64,000 nucleotides of DNA from Lama guanicoe (GCA_013239625.1 MU054323.1:16806029-16870028); one strand, 5' to 3'; counted from the stretch's first letter, positions 1-14,560 are shown. Translations and numbers: made by a program. Notes: generated by a model not told the origin, from the letters alone.

Positions 1-1226
1 CATTTTGCAGTTCCCCAAATATCACAAGAGCAGCAGTTTTCAATGGCTTTTGATAAGTTTTTGCCTACAAAATGGTTGTTTCCCATGGTTCATTCTACCT
101 ACTGCTTGGTTGGCTACCTATAGATGGCTAATATATTCCTCTTATCACAGCCTGGTGCTGTTATGTCCCTGACTTTCAGACAGATTTTTATTTTTGTGTG
201 ACTTGCTTCCCAGGAGTAAGGTGGTCATTAAATTTGCATGACCAGGTGATTTTGCTATATCGGCCTGGTCTCTTAGCTTTATTAAGAAACGAATGTCTTA
301 TTAGGCATTTATTCTCATCAGTGGGGCCCCCTTGAGAGTCCATCTCTGAGAAGATGAAAGATTACCTCCACTCCCCATGATACTGGATAATTCATCGGTG
401 CACAGCGCGTCCTGGCGCCCTCCTTCTGTTCACTAACCCCCTTCCTATCTTGTCGTTGAACGTGACCCACAGAGCCGATCAGTCCTTTCTGTTCTCAGAA
501 AAGGTTCTACTTTTTCAGGAACACCTTGCTGACTCCCAGGTTCCTGTGTTTATTATCTCCTGCTTGGGCAGAGAGGAACGAATACAAGTCAATGCTTTAA
601 AGCAGACATATTTTTAATATTTTAAAAATAATACCTACATATTCTAATATAATCTTCTATTACAGTCACCTTTCTCTTGTATCATAACTGTATTTTTATA
701 CATTTATTGCTTTAGAGAATTATTATGACCTCATAGCCTTTTGCAGTCTCACCTCCTGGACGTTTAATCTCTGACGGACACATTTTACTAAAGGGAGAGA
801 CTTGTGAATCATTTGGTCTATTTCCCAAGGCTCCAGTAATATTCAAATAGTTTCAACCAAATTCTTGTTAATCAACAGCACAGCCTTGACCTTAGCAAAA
901 ACATCCGGCAGATTGAGTGGATTCAGTCACAAGACTGTCTCCTCTTTTGCCTCTTTGGGCTTAAATGGAAGGAACTTGCTTTCCTACCATTCCTAGTGTG
1001 GAAATTCATATCACAGAGAAACAAAAGCTGCTAATGCTTCTGAACACTGAATGGATTCTCACCTTAGGGTCTTCGCTCTTGCTGTCCCTTTTATTTGTTT
1101 ACCCTAGAGCTTCAGACAGCTTCCCCCTCGTCTGCAGGTCTCAACTCAAACACTATTTCTCCAATAAGCCTTCTCTTGTTGCCTCAATTAAAGCAGCTCC
1201 ATGCTCAGCCACAGTTACTAATCATT

Positions 1227-1658
1227 TGTAGTAGCTTGAAAAGTGTCTCCCCCCAAATTCACATCTAATCTGAACCTCAGCATGTGACCTTGTTTGGAAA
1301 CAGATGTAATTAAGGTTAACTGTTGCGATCAGATCATACTGATTAGGATGGGACCTAAATCCAGTGAGCGTATCCTTGAAAAGACAGAAAAGTACACACA
1401 GAGACACAGAGAGAAGGCCGTGGAGAGACAGAGGCAGAGATTGGAGTGATGCTGCCACAGGCCAAGGAATGTAAGGAGCCACAGAGGCTAGAAGAGGCAA
1501 GGAAAGATTCTCTCCTAGAGCCTTTCACTGCAGCATGGCCCTACTGACACCTTGATTTCAGACTTCTGGTCTCCTGAACTGCGAGAGAATAAATTCCTAT
1601 TGTTGTAAGCCACCAAGTTTGTGATAATCTGTGAGGGCAGCCATAGGAAGCTAACACA
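1227..1658 (+). mobile_element. MaLR solo LTR (MLT1B/C-like)
   Basis: TG...CA ends; typical MLT1 blocks 'gaacctcagcatgtgaccttgtttggaaa', 'gacttctggtctcctgaactgcgagagaataaatt', 'gcagccataggaagctaacaca'. Confidence 0.85.
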
Positions 1659-1946
1659 CCATCACGCCACCACCCCGCATTATCCTCCACGTAGCACCTA
1701 GCCTCTTGTGGCTTCCCCACAGCCATCCTGCCTTCCATCTCTTCCTTGTTCATCGAGCCTCCAGTTGATTTGGGGTGTTTACCCATCCGTATGTTTAGAG
1801 AAAGTGAGCCCCCACCAACCTGGGGGCAGAAGAGTTCTTAGTCTATACCCCATATAGTCATCCCACTCCTCTGACCCATGACTGACTTCAGCACGGGCAC
1901 AAAATAAACTGCTGAACAATGAGCAGTGAGAGGAAGAGCCTCTGAT

Positions 1947-2327
1947 TGTCTTAGTCTGCTGGGGCTGCCACAACAAAATACCATGGACTGGGTGGCTTAC
2001 ACAACAGAAATTTATTTTCTCAAAATTCTTGAGGCTGAGAAGCCCAAGGTCAAGGTGCTGGCTGGTTTGGTCCCCAGCGAGGGTTCTCTTTCTCACTTGT
2101 AGACAGCCACCATCTGACTGTGTGCTCACGTGACCTCCTCTCTGTGCACATGCACACGGAGACAGTATCCCTTCTTACAAGGGCACTAATCCCATCAGGA
2201 GGGCCCCACCCTCAGGACATCAGCTAACCCTAATTATCTCCCAAAGGTCCCATGTCCAAATCCCACCACAATAAGGTTAAGGGCTTCAACATACGAATTT
2301 GGTGAGGACAGAATGCAATCCATAGCA
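1947..2327 (-). mobile_element. MaLR solo LTR (MLT1A-like), reverse orientation
   Basis: 'tgtcttagtctgctggggctgccacaacaaaatacc...acaacagaaatttattttctc...gggcttcaacatacgaattt...caatccatagca'. Confidence 0.85.
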
Positions 2328-5300
2328 ATAGTCATAAGAGATGCAAGGAAAAGAAGCAACCATTCCTGCTTTAGGATATGACTATGTGAGGAGATGGTGC
2401 CTGGAGCTGCAGGAGACAGGCCGGTTCGTGAGGGACAGGCCCCAGGAGCAAGGCCAACATCCTGAGGGTGGCTGTGCAGTGGATGGAAGAGCTAGGTCTT
2501 CAGTTACACTGTTGGGTCTATGGATTGATGGCCTCTGGAGTGGCCCAGTCTGGGTTGTTTCTTATCTGGGGACGTATGTGTGTATGTGCGTGTGTGTGTG
2601 TGGTTATCCTTTAGGCCATCTGTAGTTGGATATTTTGTTGCTTGTACCCAAAAGCATCCTAAGTGATTCCTTGATGTCTATAATTACGATGTATTATCTA
2701 TTTCATATCTTTGTGTGCAGTCATATTCCGCCCACTGGGGGGAAGCCTCCTCAACAGCAAGGCTCATCTGCCTTGTTCCTAGGACTCTCGAGTTTCTAGG
2801 TCTATGCTTAGCAGATTGTGAGTGTTCAACAAACATTTGCTAAGTGATCTGACTTTGATGATTCTTCCTACGTCCCCTTACATTCCCACCACCGTCACCT
2901 TGGTTCATCTTTATCAGCCCACACCTGGGCTCTTGCTAAGGGCTTCTCACTCATCGCCCTCCCCAGTTTCTTCCCACATAAGTGCATGTTATACTCCTCT
3001 CTTAGATTAACCTTATTAAAGCCTCCCATGGATAGATCTCTTGCCTTTTCAAAAACATTTGGTGGCTCCCCAGTGTCTACAGAACAAACTCCCAAATCCT
3101 TCCCTCTTCCTTAAAACCCTCCGTAGCACGACTGTCATCTACTTTGCCAGCCTTAGCTTTGTGGGTTGCTACACTGACCATCCACTCGTGGAAAACTGAT
3201 TTTTCTACTGTCCCCAAACTTGGCCTTCACTTTTCTTCATGCATCTCTCTGTCAGTCCATTTTTCTACTGGGGAGCTTCTCCCTCTTCACACTTGAATTC
3301 GTCCGAATGTTACTCATCCTTCAAAGTATGATTCAAATCACAGAAATCTCACCTCTTCCATGGAGTCCATCCTGATGTGGCCCCACAGGACATAATGTCT
3401 GAAAGACTCTAACACCATTATTCACACACACCATTATGTTGCCTCTGTGTGTGTATGTGTGTGTGTGTGTGTCTCCGGTGGGTCTTATATGCTCCTGGAG
3501 AACAGGAGCCATTTTCAAAGCTGCCATTTGTCTGTCTGTTTGTTTTAGTTTTGTTGTTAGTATCATTTTCTGATTTATCCTTCCAGAGCCTTGAACGATA
3601 TATAGAATGAGGGACAATATGTGGAATGAGTGACAGATTGCCTGCGTTATGTAGACAGATATACAGTGTATTCCTCTGCCAGCTCTGACCTTTAAAGCCT
3701 CCCCAAATGCCCCCAGGAGTCTCCAGGGGCCCTTAGGTGTGCTCTGTGTGTTCTTAAACAAGTCTCTCAGCCACAGCCTGCTGGAACACAGTCTTCACGT
3801 GGTTTCTTGGTCAATATTACCAGATGGATCCAGAGGTAGAGAAGAGGGAAAGTGGCCAGTCCAGATGGCTGCTGAGATAATTTGAGAGGACTCAGGAAGC
3901 ACCTCTTTGGGATTCCCAGAAATAATCAGGGAAACATTTGGAAGTCCCATACGATCAAGTGACGAGAGTCGGAAGAATATGCTGCCTACGTTGGGGTCAC
4001 CATTACTGCCGCCTTCACCACAGTGGTTGCTCCCTACTGTTGGCTGCCTGGAGTCACAGGGAGCCCAAACCACATGTCACTGAAATGTCTCTGCGGACAG
4101 AGAGCACACACCTTCTACACACACACAAACACCTAGGTCATTCACTGGACCAGTAGTCCCAGGCAGGGCTGTGCTGTCCTCCCAAAGTCTCAGAGACTTT
4201 GCAGAACCAAGTTTCAGTTCTGTGAGCCAAGCCTCTGTCCCTAGGACTCAAACAAAGCCAGTGAGTGCTGACTCAAGACGAAATCTGGCCAAGACCCCTT
4301 GGTGTGCTGCATTCCTCTAGCTGTTCCTTAGGTGTTACCTTCTTTAACCCCAAATACCCTCCCTTCTTGCCCCAAACTTGCTTCTTTCTCTCACCTTTGC
4401 ATGTTCACAGGTCCTTTAGATTCCACAATCAGTCGTTTCAATACAAGGCTTATTTTTCACTTTGAAACTTTAAGGCTTGACACCCAGGAAACAAATTTTT
4501 ACCCACCATCAAATTGAATCTGTTCATTGTGAGATGCCGCACCACTGAATTTCTCAGTGCAACAATCCAGTTGAAATATAAGTGAATGCGAACACCGTAT
4601 CTGAAATACTTCCTCATGAGATATTCCATTCATCAAATAATTGAAAGCCCAAACCACTGATCAGGTTGTAAAAGTGTGAAATTATCTCGGTTGCCAGAAC
4701 TAGTTTGAAATTAAACTGAAAAATGTCAGGGTCTCTAAGGAACAGGTATTAATTGTGGGAAGAGCTATGAAGAAAATGACATGCTCCAGTAAGATGCAAG
4801 CGTTCTTCCTTAGAGCTCTCCCAAGGTCAGAGGGCCAGTCGCCTCCCTGCTGCCCTCCATGGCCCCCTCTTGGCTGAGAAGTGCTCTTTCACCATGGAGT
4901 TTACTTCCAAACAGTAATTTACCATAACATACTTAATCTTACTTTCTGAAAAAAGTACTTCAACTTTGTATATTGACACCAGCTAACTATGAACATACTA
5001 AAGAGAAAGTTCCCATTTAATCTGGCCATTTATGGACACAGTACCCGGGGGAAAACTTTCAACTCTCTATCTCATAAATTAAGAAATTTCTCTGAGAGAG
5101 CTCTTGGTGAATTACAGCTGACAACAGTATGAGCGGCGCAGTCACGCCACTGAATTCTTTCCAGCTCAAGCTCCATAATTCACCCTCTCCCAAGTGTCCT
5201 CTTTTCTTGAACTTAGAAAATGCTTCTTAATAAGTGTCACTTATGGGATCCTAATTGCAGATGTAAGAGGGAAAAGGCTTAACAGCTCTTCCAGGACTTT

Positions 5301-5518
5301 AAACATTGTAGGGAACAAATGCTGGATTTAAAGACTAAAAATTTAGGATTGAGTGCAGTGTCTACCAGATACAAGATGTGTTTTTCCCTGAGAAAGTCAT
5401 CTGCCTTCTTTGACAAGTTTTCTTCAGTTTTCTCACCTATTAATTATTCAGTGGGTTCAGTCATTCACCATTATTTTTATTATCTTCTAAAATCCCCTTT
5501 AGGTATTGTGATAGAGAG

Positions 5519-5539
5519 ATGGCTGGCTGGCTGGCTGGC

Positions 5540-5571
<32 letters not shown>

Positions 5572-5572
5572 T
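5519..5572. repeat. Compound tetranucleotide microsatellite (TGGC)n(AGAC)n
   Basis: Directly visible. Confidence 0.9.
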
Positions 5573-5614
5573 GATGGATTGAAGAGATGGGTAGGTAGAT
5601 GGAGGGATAGAAAC

Positions 5615-5968
5615 TGTTATGAGCTGAATTGTGTTGTCCCCTCCCAAATTCATATGTTGGAGCCTTAACCCCCAGTACCTCAGAAAGTGACTTCATTTGG
5701 AGATAGGTTCTTTAAAAAGATATTCCGGCTACAGTGGGATCATTTGGGTGCTTCCTAATCTAATCTAACTAATATCCTTATAAGACTAGGAGGTTGGGAC
5801 CCAGAAACACAGAGAGAGAAGACAGCCATTTACAAGCCAAAGAGAGGGTCCTCAGAAGAAATCAACCTTGATCTCAGACTTCTGGCTGCCAGAACTGTGA
5901 GAAAATAAATTTCTGTTGTTTAAGCCACTCAGTCTATGGTGATTACTAAGGAAGCCCTAGCAAACTAG
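5615..5968 (+). mobile_element. MaLR solo LTR (MLT1A-like)
   Basis: 'tgttatgagctgaattgtg...cccaaattcatatgttggagccttaacccc...ccagaactgtgagaaaataaatttctgttgtttaagcc...gccctagcaaacta'. Confidence 0.85.
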
Positions 5969-5997
5969 GATAGCTGATAGATGATGATGATAGATAA

Positions 5998-5998
<1 letters not shown>

Positions 5999-6034
<36 letters not shown>
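5999..6034. repeat. (TAA)n microsatellite followed by GATA repeats
   Basis: Directly visible; source of the poly-Tyr run in ORF 5965..6201. Confidence 0.95.
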
Positions 6035-6037
<3 letters not shown>

Positions 6038-9000
6038 CTGATGATAGATAGATAGATAGGCAATACGGGCCAGAGAGATCTATTGTAACTAAGATTCAGG
6101 TGTTCAAAGTGAGCAAACCCAAGTAAGAAGCATCTTTTTTTGTAATGCTGTCCTGGCAGAGCCAATAGTTCCTGTGTGGGTGTGCTATTACAGAGATACA
6201 AATATTACCAAGATATGGGTTGCATTTTTTAAATGTAAAGCGCTAGAGAGTCAGCGGAGAACTCCAAATCCCCACTTTCCAGCTGTTTCCAAAGGCTCCT
6301 GAGGGAATTATGAAAACAGGAGGGCCCAAAATGATGTAAATTCCTTATTACCAGCGGGGCCTTGGGCCTGAGCCCTAGCCCTGCTGATCTGGGCTGGACA
6401 TGTGAACAGGGAGGACTTCTCTTGCCCAGAAGGCCAGCCCAACACAGACCAAAAGCAGCAGAGTCGCCAAGTTGGCCTCGTCCCTGTGGCCCACACTCTC
6501 ATCTGGGGGAGCTAAGGTCTTTGCAACTTGAAAAAGGAAGGAAGGATGAACCCAAGAAACGAGAGGAACGCGAGCTCTTCTCCTGGGGCTGAGAGCAGCT
6601 GCTCTGAGTCATCATTCCCTGTGCCCCATCCTGTTCTTGCTTGGCCTTCCCAGAACCAGACGCTCCCACACGTGAGGCAGCCCAGTGCCCTTTGTACTGC
6701 TCCAGAGGCCTGGGGAGTAGGATTCCAAATGGGCAGATCCAGCAGAAAAACCAAAGGGGCAATGCCGTAAATATATGAGCACCTTTAAACTCCCCTAACG
6801 TCTCCCCAGTAGTCTCCTCTCCCTGGTTGTGGGTCACACTCCATTTTCCCAATGAAGTTGGGGTCGGGGGATGGGGAACCAAGAAAATAGGCTGGAAAAG
6901 GCACCTTAGGAGTGCAAATAAGAAGTCATAGGCTTCAGTACCAAGATGTCCATGTTTTGTCGTGAACAAATTTGGGTGCCTCTCTGTGCCAGGCACTGTT
7001 GTAGGTACTCCTTCTGTTAGACCTTACATTCCAGCCCTGGTGAGAAGCGTGATAATGAAGTGTAGGACCTCAGAGCCTGGCAATAATTCATTCTCTTACC
7101 TCTCTTCTAGACTCTTATGGTCCATTCTTTGTATCATTCTTTTTGTGTTGCCTTCGGGTGGCGCTCTCTGAACACCTTGCCCATGGGAAGCCCTTCGGGA
7201 ATAAGACTACGCTTCAGTCTCCAGTGCGCTGTCAACGGCTCCCAGCCCAACACCTCCTCATAGAACATTATGAGGTTAAACGTTAGCGGAAGGAAATATA
7301 AGGAAGGAAGAGAGTTTCTTATGGCTTTCTTTGGGAGACTTCTTACTTATTCAAGGAAGAATTAAACTAATAGTCATATATCATATATTTTGAACTCTCC
7401 ACCTCACAACTGCCATATGTGGACCTAACTTCCATTTTAGATGTGTCATTTTATAAAGCAAAGAATAAATCACCAAGGGGCTCTCAGAAACAGGTCATAC
7501 TGTTCCACCACCGAGAGTGGTTGCCCCAACAGCAGACAGTGGGGTATCTGACACTGCGTGTCCTTGATTTATCGGAGGGGCTTTCCCAAGTGTTATTTTC
7601 ATAAACAGTCAGATTAATATAGGGGCTTTTTCTTGCATTTGTTTGGAAAAATCTTGTCCTGATGTAGAACATTCAAGCTGCTGCCTACAAATAAGATAAA
7701 TCTTTCTTCTGAGCTGTTGTCCCTGAGACTTCAATCTCATCTTGTCTGAAGCACAAAAAACAGGCTTAATTTTGTTTTGTTTTCCTTAAAATATAGAAAG
7801 CACTTCAGGTCAAAGAACTGGAGAGAATGTGAATGCTGACTCTGTGTTACGCTTTTAGTTATCTGTGGTTTCCTTCTGGTCTTACTCTACTGCGTTAGCA
7901 CTATGTACTCCCATTCATGCCCTTTCCCTGCCCCCAGGTATCTTTCTAACCTTGAAGGAGTGGCTTCCTAACTTACCTACAACCATGAGAGGCCCACCAC
8001 GTTCTAACAATCGTAGAGTTACACTGGGAGTCCAGATTTGCCAGTCACAAGTCTGAGAGGTCTTCCTGGGTCCACTGGGCTCAACGCTGCCTCCTCCAAG
8101 GTCCCATAAGCCACCCAAGATGGTTGATTGTCAGCATCACCCTTTTCCTTTTCTAGCAAACAATCTTTGAAAGGAAAAAAAAAGAAAGACCACTTTGCAC
8201 CCATTTCTTTCCCAAATAATTCTGTTTAATGAATTCCTTATTAGGCCAAATTCAGTGCTCTGTAATATCTGCCAAGCATGTCAGTCCAAACAAAAGGGGT
8301 TTGAAAATAACCAGGAGCTAGTGCGAGGAAAGAACATGTGAAAAGACTCGATGAGGACTTTCCCATCCATGGCCGGAGGTCCACCACTGCCTCGCTGTTT
8401 GCAGATTTGGGCTGAGCTATGCATCACATTGTTCATGTGAAGAAAAAGCGACTGTTCTCCCCAAGCGCCCCTTTCCCGCTCCGAATGGCTGCGATCAACA
8501 GCCCCAAGACCCTAATTGCCACAGCCTATTAGAAATAATGAGACTTACATGGCAGAAGCCAAGGGTAAAAGCGACATCTCACAACACGAAAGGTTAATAT
8601 CAACATATACTGCTAGTGAGTGCAAAGGGCACATCAATTGGTGACTCATTACTGGGGGTTGACCCATGGGGAAAGTGTCATTCAGCAGAGGGGCTTTCTC
8701 AGGATGTGGCAGCAAAAGTTACAAAAGATAAGGACTTGCCTGTGGAACGCGCTCAACTAATGAGAGCTGAAAATTGTTTGAAACATCCCAATGACCTCAC
8801 AGATGGGGGATGCTGATTAAGGTGGCTACATGAGGCTCCTTTCTTGTCTGACAGCCCATTGAGAAGCTTTGGTGAGATGTGACTAACAGGCCGTGAAGGT
8901 GTCTCCATCTTCTCTGACATGGTCCATGCTTTGGGCAAAACAAACACGAAAAATAAGTGCAAACTGACACACATGTTTGAGTTTAGTTTCCAGAGACCTG

Positions 9001-9692
9001 TTTTGGGAAAAGAGCACTGGTGGGGCCGTCAGCTATGATTTCTTTATGGCAAAGGGGGTTTGTGACTACTTGCGTGACTAATCGCATGACTGCGCTGGGG
9101 GTGAGCCAACGGCAAATTTAGGTCTTGAACACTCGACAAAACAACCCCACTGTTCTGTGGGTGAAACGCTATGGAGCTTCATGTGTAATTAAATGAAAAT
9201 CTCACAAGTGTCTACACCTTAATCATTCTCATTGCTAATCTGTGGCACAAAAGAAGGCTTTTTGCCATATCAAATTGCATCCATGAAACAATGGAGAAAT
9301 GAAACCAGATTTTTGTTTGCTTTGTCCAAACAAAATGTTTCTGAGACAGAGACATTCCACCAAAGAAACCCTGGAGTTCTCTGGCTCTTCATTTAATGCC
9401 TGGGACTTTGAAAAAAGGATCACCTTTATGGATACCTTGCCTGCATCTCACACTAGAGATGAGGATGAGGATGAGAATGCATCTCCCTGTTCATCTCAAC
9501 TCCTTCTCCAGCAGAACCAGAAGTCAACACTCGCCCACTTGCCACCTCATTTAAAATTACGTCACTCACTCATGTCTTACAGCAATCGTCAGATCACCTC
9601 ATAAAAAGAGCCTATCACTATATTAAATAAGGTTATACAAAGGTTTTTATAATAAGATTTTGAAAAAACTTCTTCAAGATTTCCTAACTAGT

Positions 9693-10128
9693 TGTACTAG
9701 TTATCAACTGCTTCATAGCAAATCATCATAGTGGCTTAAACAACAATTAACTTTAAACATTTCACATAGTTTCTGTGGCCAGCCTCATTAGGTTGCAGTC
9801 AGGATGACGCCCAGAGCTGTGATATCATGTGAAGGCTTGTCTGGGGCTGGAGGATTCACCTCCACACTGGCTTACTGTATTCCAGAGGCCTCAGTTCCTT
9901 GCCACTCAGCCTCTCCAAAGAGCTGGTTGAGTGTCCTTAGCACATGGCAGCCAGCTTCCCCCAGAGCAACAATCCAAGGGAGAGATGGAAGCCACGACTT
10001 CTTTTATAACTCAGCCTCAGAGGTCACGCACCATCATACCCACAGGATCCTAGTGGTTACCCAGGTCAGTCCATGTGGGAGGAGAGTGAATATCAGGAGG
10101 CAAGACTCTTTGGGTGCCATTCTGCCTC
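9693..10128 (-). mobile_element. Old MaLR LTR (MLT1G/H-like)
   Basis: 'tagtggcttaaacaacaa', 'catgtgaaggcttgtctggggctggaggattcacctcca', 'catggcagccagcttcccccagagcaa', 'cctcagaggtcacgcaccatc'. Confidence 0.7.
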
Positions 10129-11929
10129 AATTTTTAAAATATTAAAAGAATACCAGCCTGATTAAAAAATATGAAGAATATAGTTGTTGCTCTAGTCAAC
10201 CAGAATTCTACAAAGAAGACAAAAACAAAGAACTCTGCAGTAAAATTTCTGAAGAAAATATACTTCATTTGACTAAAAACTTGTTTATGATACTAACTAA
10301 TATACACTTATATGTTATGCCTGTAAGGCCAAAGTCAAGAAAAGTTGGTGTTGGTAGATTTAAAAAAAAAAAAAGCAAGGTTTTTTTGTAAAACAATTTT
10401 CTTTTTTTTTTTTTTACCTCAAGAGCAGGATTTTTGACCTAAAGCAACTTAAAAAGTTCAGAGTTGCCCTTTTTCAGTACATATCTATGGAATAATCTTC
10501 AATCATTCGCCAATATGCCAGGTACAGAGAATTCAAGAGTAACAAGGTGGAGAAAATCTAAATTGGCTGATTCTGGAACATGTTTGGGAGACATCCACCT
10601 CTTTAGGGAAATGAACTTGATAAACCTATTTAGGAAAAGTGAGTCCCTGTGAGGATGAATATGGCCAAGGTTTATATATGTTCTCTATATATTAGAACTA
10701 AACTGATTTATAAATTTTATCAATATCTTATTTCATAAAAGAAATTCCTATTTAAACACTTGATGAACCAGTTTAATGAATCGATTTTTCCTATCTCTCT
10801 ATAAATTATGTGGTAGACTTGTTTACTGAGTTTGATATTTTCACAAAACTAGATGTTCTATTTTTTTCATTTATATTGAATTCTTATATTCTGAATAAGA
10901 ACCAAAATTTTCTTAGACTGCTTTTGTTTCATTTCACTTCCACCATCAACACTAGAAGTTGGTTTTCGTTTCTAGGCTATTTTTCATCAAAAAATAGAAT
11001 TTTCATTACCTCATAAGAGTTATTAAATGCACCCTAATGAGTAGAGAGCTCTAATCAGATTTAAGAGGTGAATTCTAGGTAGTCAGCAGGGCTCACCCAC
11101 TTCGTAGGACTCAAGACTCAAATTCCTGGGAAATGACTCTATGTTGTGTGTCTTCAAGATCACACATGCAGAATCAAACCACAAATGTGAAATCCACACA
11201 TGCCTAGGGTCTACTGTCTATTGTATATCTTCCAAACACAAGTAATAAAAGTGAGAGTTACTTATTTACAAGTAACAACTTAACCACTATTAAAATTGTT
11301 CATTTAATAGATCCATATATATTACCCAGGGCTAAAACCTAGGTCCAAATGACCATCAATATATATTAGTCTCTCCTTTCACTGAAATATCTGAAGTCAT
11401 TATTATCTTTTATTAGTAATGTAGATGTAATAGAATGTTCTCAGCACAATTAATAGAAATAGGGAAGTCAAGAAAAAGGCACATTTGGGTAAGGTGATAA
11501 GTTTAGTGTTGATCATCTAGGTCTGAGCTACTTATATATGAAAAGGTAGAGAAGTTCAATAAGAAGGTATCAGTGTGGATCCAGCACTAGCTCAGGTGAG
11601 GGGCTGAGAATGGAAATAATCATATGCTTGGAGGGGGGATAGTAGAAGGACTAAGATAAAAATCTCTGGTAAATGCACAAAGAGAATAGGACCAGGCAAG
11701 GATCTGAAGAGCCAGAACCCAAGCCAGATCTATTAAATACCAAAGCATATATCTTTTCACTCTTTGGATCAAAATCCAGGAAAGTTTGTATGGCTCACCG
11801 GATGAGGACGTTTCCAAGGTTATAGGCTAAGTGTTTAACTTTAGTCTATTTCTCTGCTTATGAAGTAAACAAACTCAAGCTATTACTGCTTCTTTGGCTC
11901 TAAGCCCCTATCAGAAAAAACAAAACCGG

Positions 11930-12351
11930 TTACTTATGAGACTAGACTGTGTGCTATAACAAACAGCTCCAAAATCTCAGTGGTTTAACATATTAAAATT
12001 TAATTCTGTCTCATACAAAGTTCAATATAGATGCCCCTGGTGGAGTAGCACTCCTCTTCTCTGAGTGGTGACTTGGAGATCCAGGCTCCTTCCCTTCTTG
12101 GGTTGTCACCTCTTTAGCAGGAGACTCTTAAGGTCACCATGAAGAGTAATATGCACATGGGGAACTCAACCACCTCGACCTGAAAGTGCCTGTCATTCCA
12201 GCTCACATTCTACAGACCAGAACTGGCCACACAGCCCCACCTGTACGCATGGGGACTGGGAAATGTCATTTCTGGCTGGGCAGCCACTTCCCAACAGTAT
12301 GCTGCCCTGCAAAAAGGAAGCATGAATTGTCAGCTAGCTGTCAATGCCACA
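11930..12351 (-). mobile_element. Old MaLR LTR (MLT1J-like)
   Basis: 'gctataacaaacagctccaaaatctcagtggtttaaca...gaactggccacacagccccacc...gactgggaaatgt...tgccaca'. Confidence 0.7.
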
Positions 12352-12894
12352 GTTTGATTTTTCATTTGCGTTTGACCTGAAAGAATGATTTGCATCAATT
12401 AAATAAAACAAAAAGGTTATTTGGGCACCTCTTTTAAATAAAAACATGAATAACAGCACTTTGCAGTTTTAGAATGGCTTCTCACATGCTTAGCTCATTT
12501 GGTTCTCATGGCAGTCCAATGAAAAAGGCAGTCCAAATGGCTATTGTCCACTATGCTAGTTACAGTTTTATGTTCCTATACTGGACAATGTGTTATCATG
12601 CTTCATTTGTCTACACATTTCTAAATATAACAGATATTTAGAAACCAAAACAGTGTAAAAATCTGAACAATGGAAGAGGACAAAAGTAGGATATGATTCA
12701 AAACCTGAGCATGTGATAAATTTGCTTTCAGTGAAAAAGATGTAGAAGAAGAAAAGGAAAAAGGAGAAAGAGGAGAAAGAGAAAGAAGAGGAGACTTTCT
12801 TCCAACTTTCGACACCAACAGTTAAATAATAATTGTGAGACTCATGACGGTTTAATGTTGATGACAAAGTATTTTGTCTCCTACTCTAATTTCT

Positions 12895-13905
12895 CTGACT
12901 TAAATAAATGGAGACATATAGCATGTTCATAGATTAGAAAATGCTATAGTGTTAAAATAGCAATGCTGCCCAAATTCTCCCCAAGATTCAACATGATCCC
13001 GCTCAAAATTCCTACAGAAATTTTGCAGAAATTGACAAGCTGATTCTAAGATGTATAGGGAAATTCGAATAACCTAAAATAGCCAAAGCACTTCCAACAA
13101 GGAACATAAAGGACTTACTCTACTCGATCTCAATATTTACTACAAAGCTACAATAATTCAGACTGTTTGGTATTGCTTAGGGATAGGCATATAGGTCAGT
13201 GGAACAGAACAGAGTCAAGAAATAGGCCAATTGATTTTTGACAAAAACACCAAAGCAATTCAATGGGGAGAGGAAAGTCTTGTTAATAAATGTTGTTCAA
13301 TCCACTAATTATCGATATTAAACAATAATCATCATCCTTACTGCCTATCATATACAAAAATTAACTCAAAGTGTATCACATAGCTTAATGTGAAACCTGA
13401 AACTATGAAACTTCTAGAAAAAAAAGGAAAAATGTTTGAGAACCTACGGCATGCAAAGATTTCTTAGATATGACACCAAAAGCACTATCCATAAAAGAAA
13501 AGATATAAATGATTTAACTTTATCAAAATTTAACACTTCTGCTCTTTGAAAGGTACCAGTAAGAAAACAAAAAGGCAAATAAAATACTGGTACAAAATAT
13601 TCACAACACATTTATCTGATAAAAGATTTGCATCCAAAATATAGAGAACTCTTAGATACTCAAAATGATATGAACAGAGACTTCTCACCAAAGAATAGAT
13701 ATAAGTCATCAATACATGAAAAGATGTTCAACATCATTAGTCATCAGTTGTGACATATGTATAACGATGCAAATTAGAACCACAATGAGATACCACTACA
13801 CACCCATTAGTTTGACTAAGATTAAAAAGACTGAACATACCAAGTGCTTGTGAAAATGCAGAAGAATTCAAACTCAGAATACAAAATGATATAAACACTG
13901 CCAAA
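12895..13905 (+). mobile_element. Degraded LINE-1 ORF2 3' fragment
   Basis: 'gacttaaataaatggagacatatagcatgttcatagattagaa', 'gaaattgacaagctgattctaa', 'tatacaaaaattaactcaaa', 'catgaaaagatgttcaacatcattagtcatcag'. Confidence 0.85.
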
Positions 13906-13929
13906 GCAAAACATGTACACAGAAAGCTG

Positions 13930-14560
13930 TAGTCCAAGATAGTATTAAAAAGAAGCAAATATGATATGAGAGAAGGTAATGGAAAGACCTCACAGAGAAA
14001 ACAATGCTTAAGCTGAGCCTGGAACGATGGCAGCATCTCAACAGGAAATGCTGCTGAGGATACAGAAACTCTAGACATAACAGCACGGAGAAAGAAAGCA
14101 GGCGCACTGGGAACACCAGTGAACAGAGCAGCATCAGAGGGGCAAGGTTGTATGAAAGCATGTGTGAGCCATGAGGGCAGATTCTGGAAGGTCTTGGATA
14201 GTAGACAAGGCGTTTGTGCTTCATTCTGAATATGCTGGGGTACTTTTGGATGTTTTGAGCCAAGGAATAATATTGTGTTGTATTTTAGCAGAATCACTAT
14301 GGCAGGGATATGGCCAAAGGAGATATGAAAGGTGGAAAGAGCGACTCAGAAGCTTTTGTGATGAGCTAAGTGGAGCCTGAACAGGGATGATGGCTGAAAG
14401 GATGAGAGGTATGTAAGAATTGATTCTAACGTAGCAGCAAATTGATATAGTGACTAATTAAATTGGACCAGAGGAGAAAAACAAATCAAAGTGGCGAACT
14501 TGCTTGACTGGAAAGATGAGAAGGCCATTATTAGAAGTACAGAAGTCAAAAATAAAAGGA
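13930..14560 (-). mobile_element. Probable ancient L2 fragment
   Basis: Purine-rich strand with L2-like phrases ('gaaagacctcacagagaaaacaatgcttaagctgagcc', 'gatgttttgagccaaggaataa', 'tttagcagaatcactatggcag'). Explains ORF 13737..14297. Confidence 0.55.
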
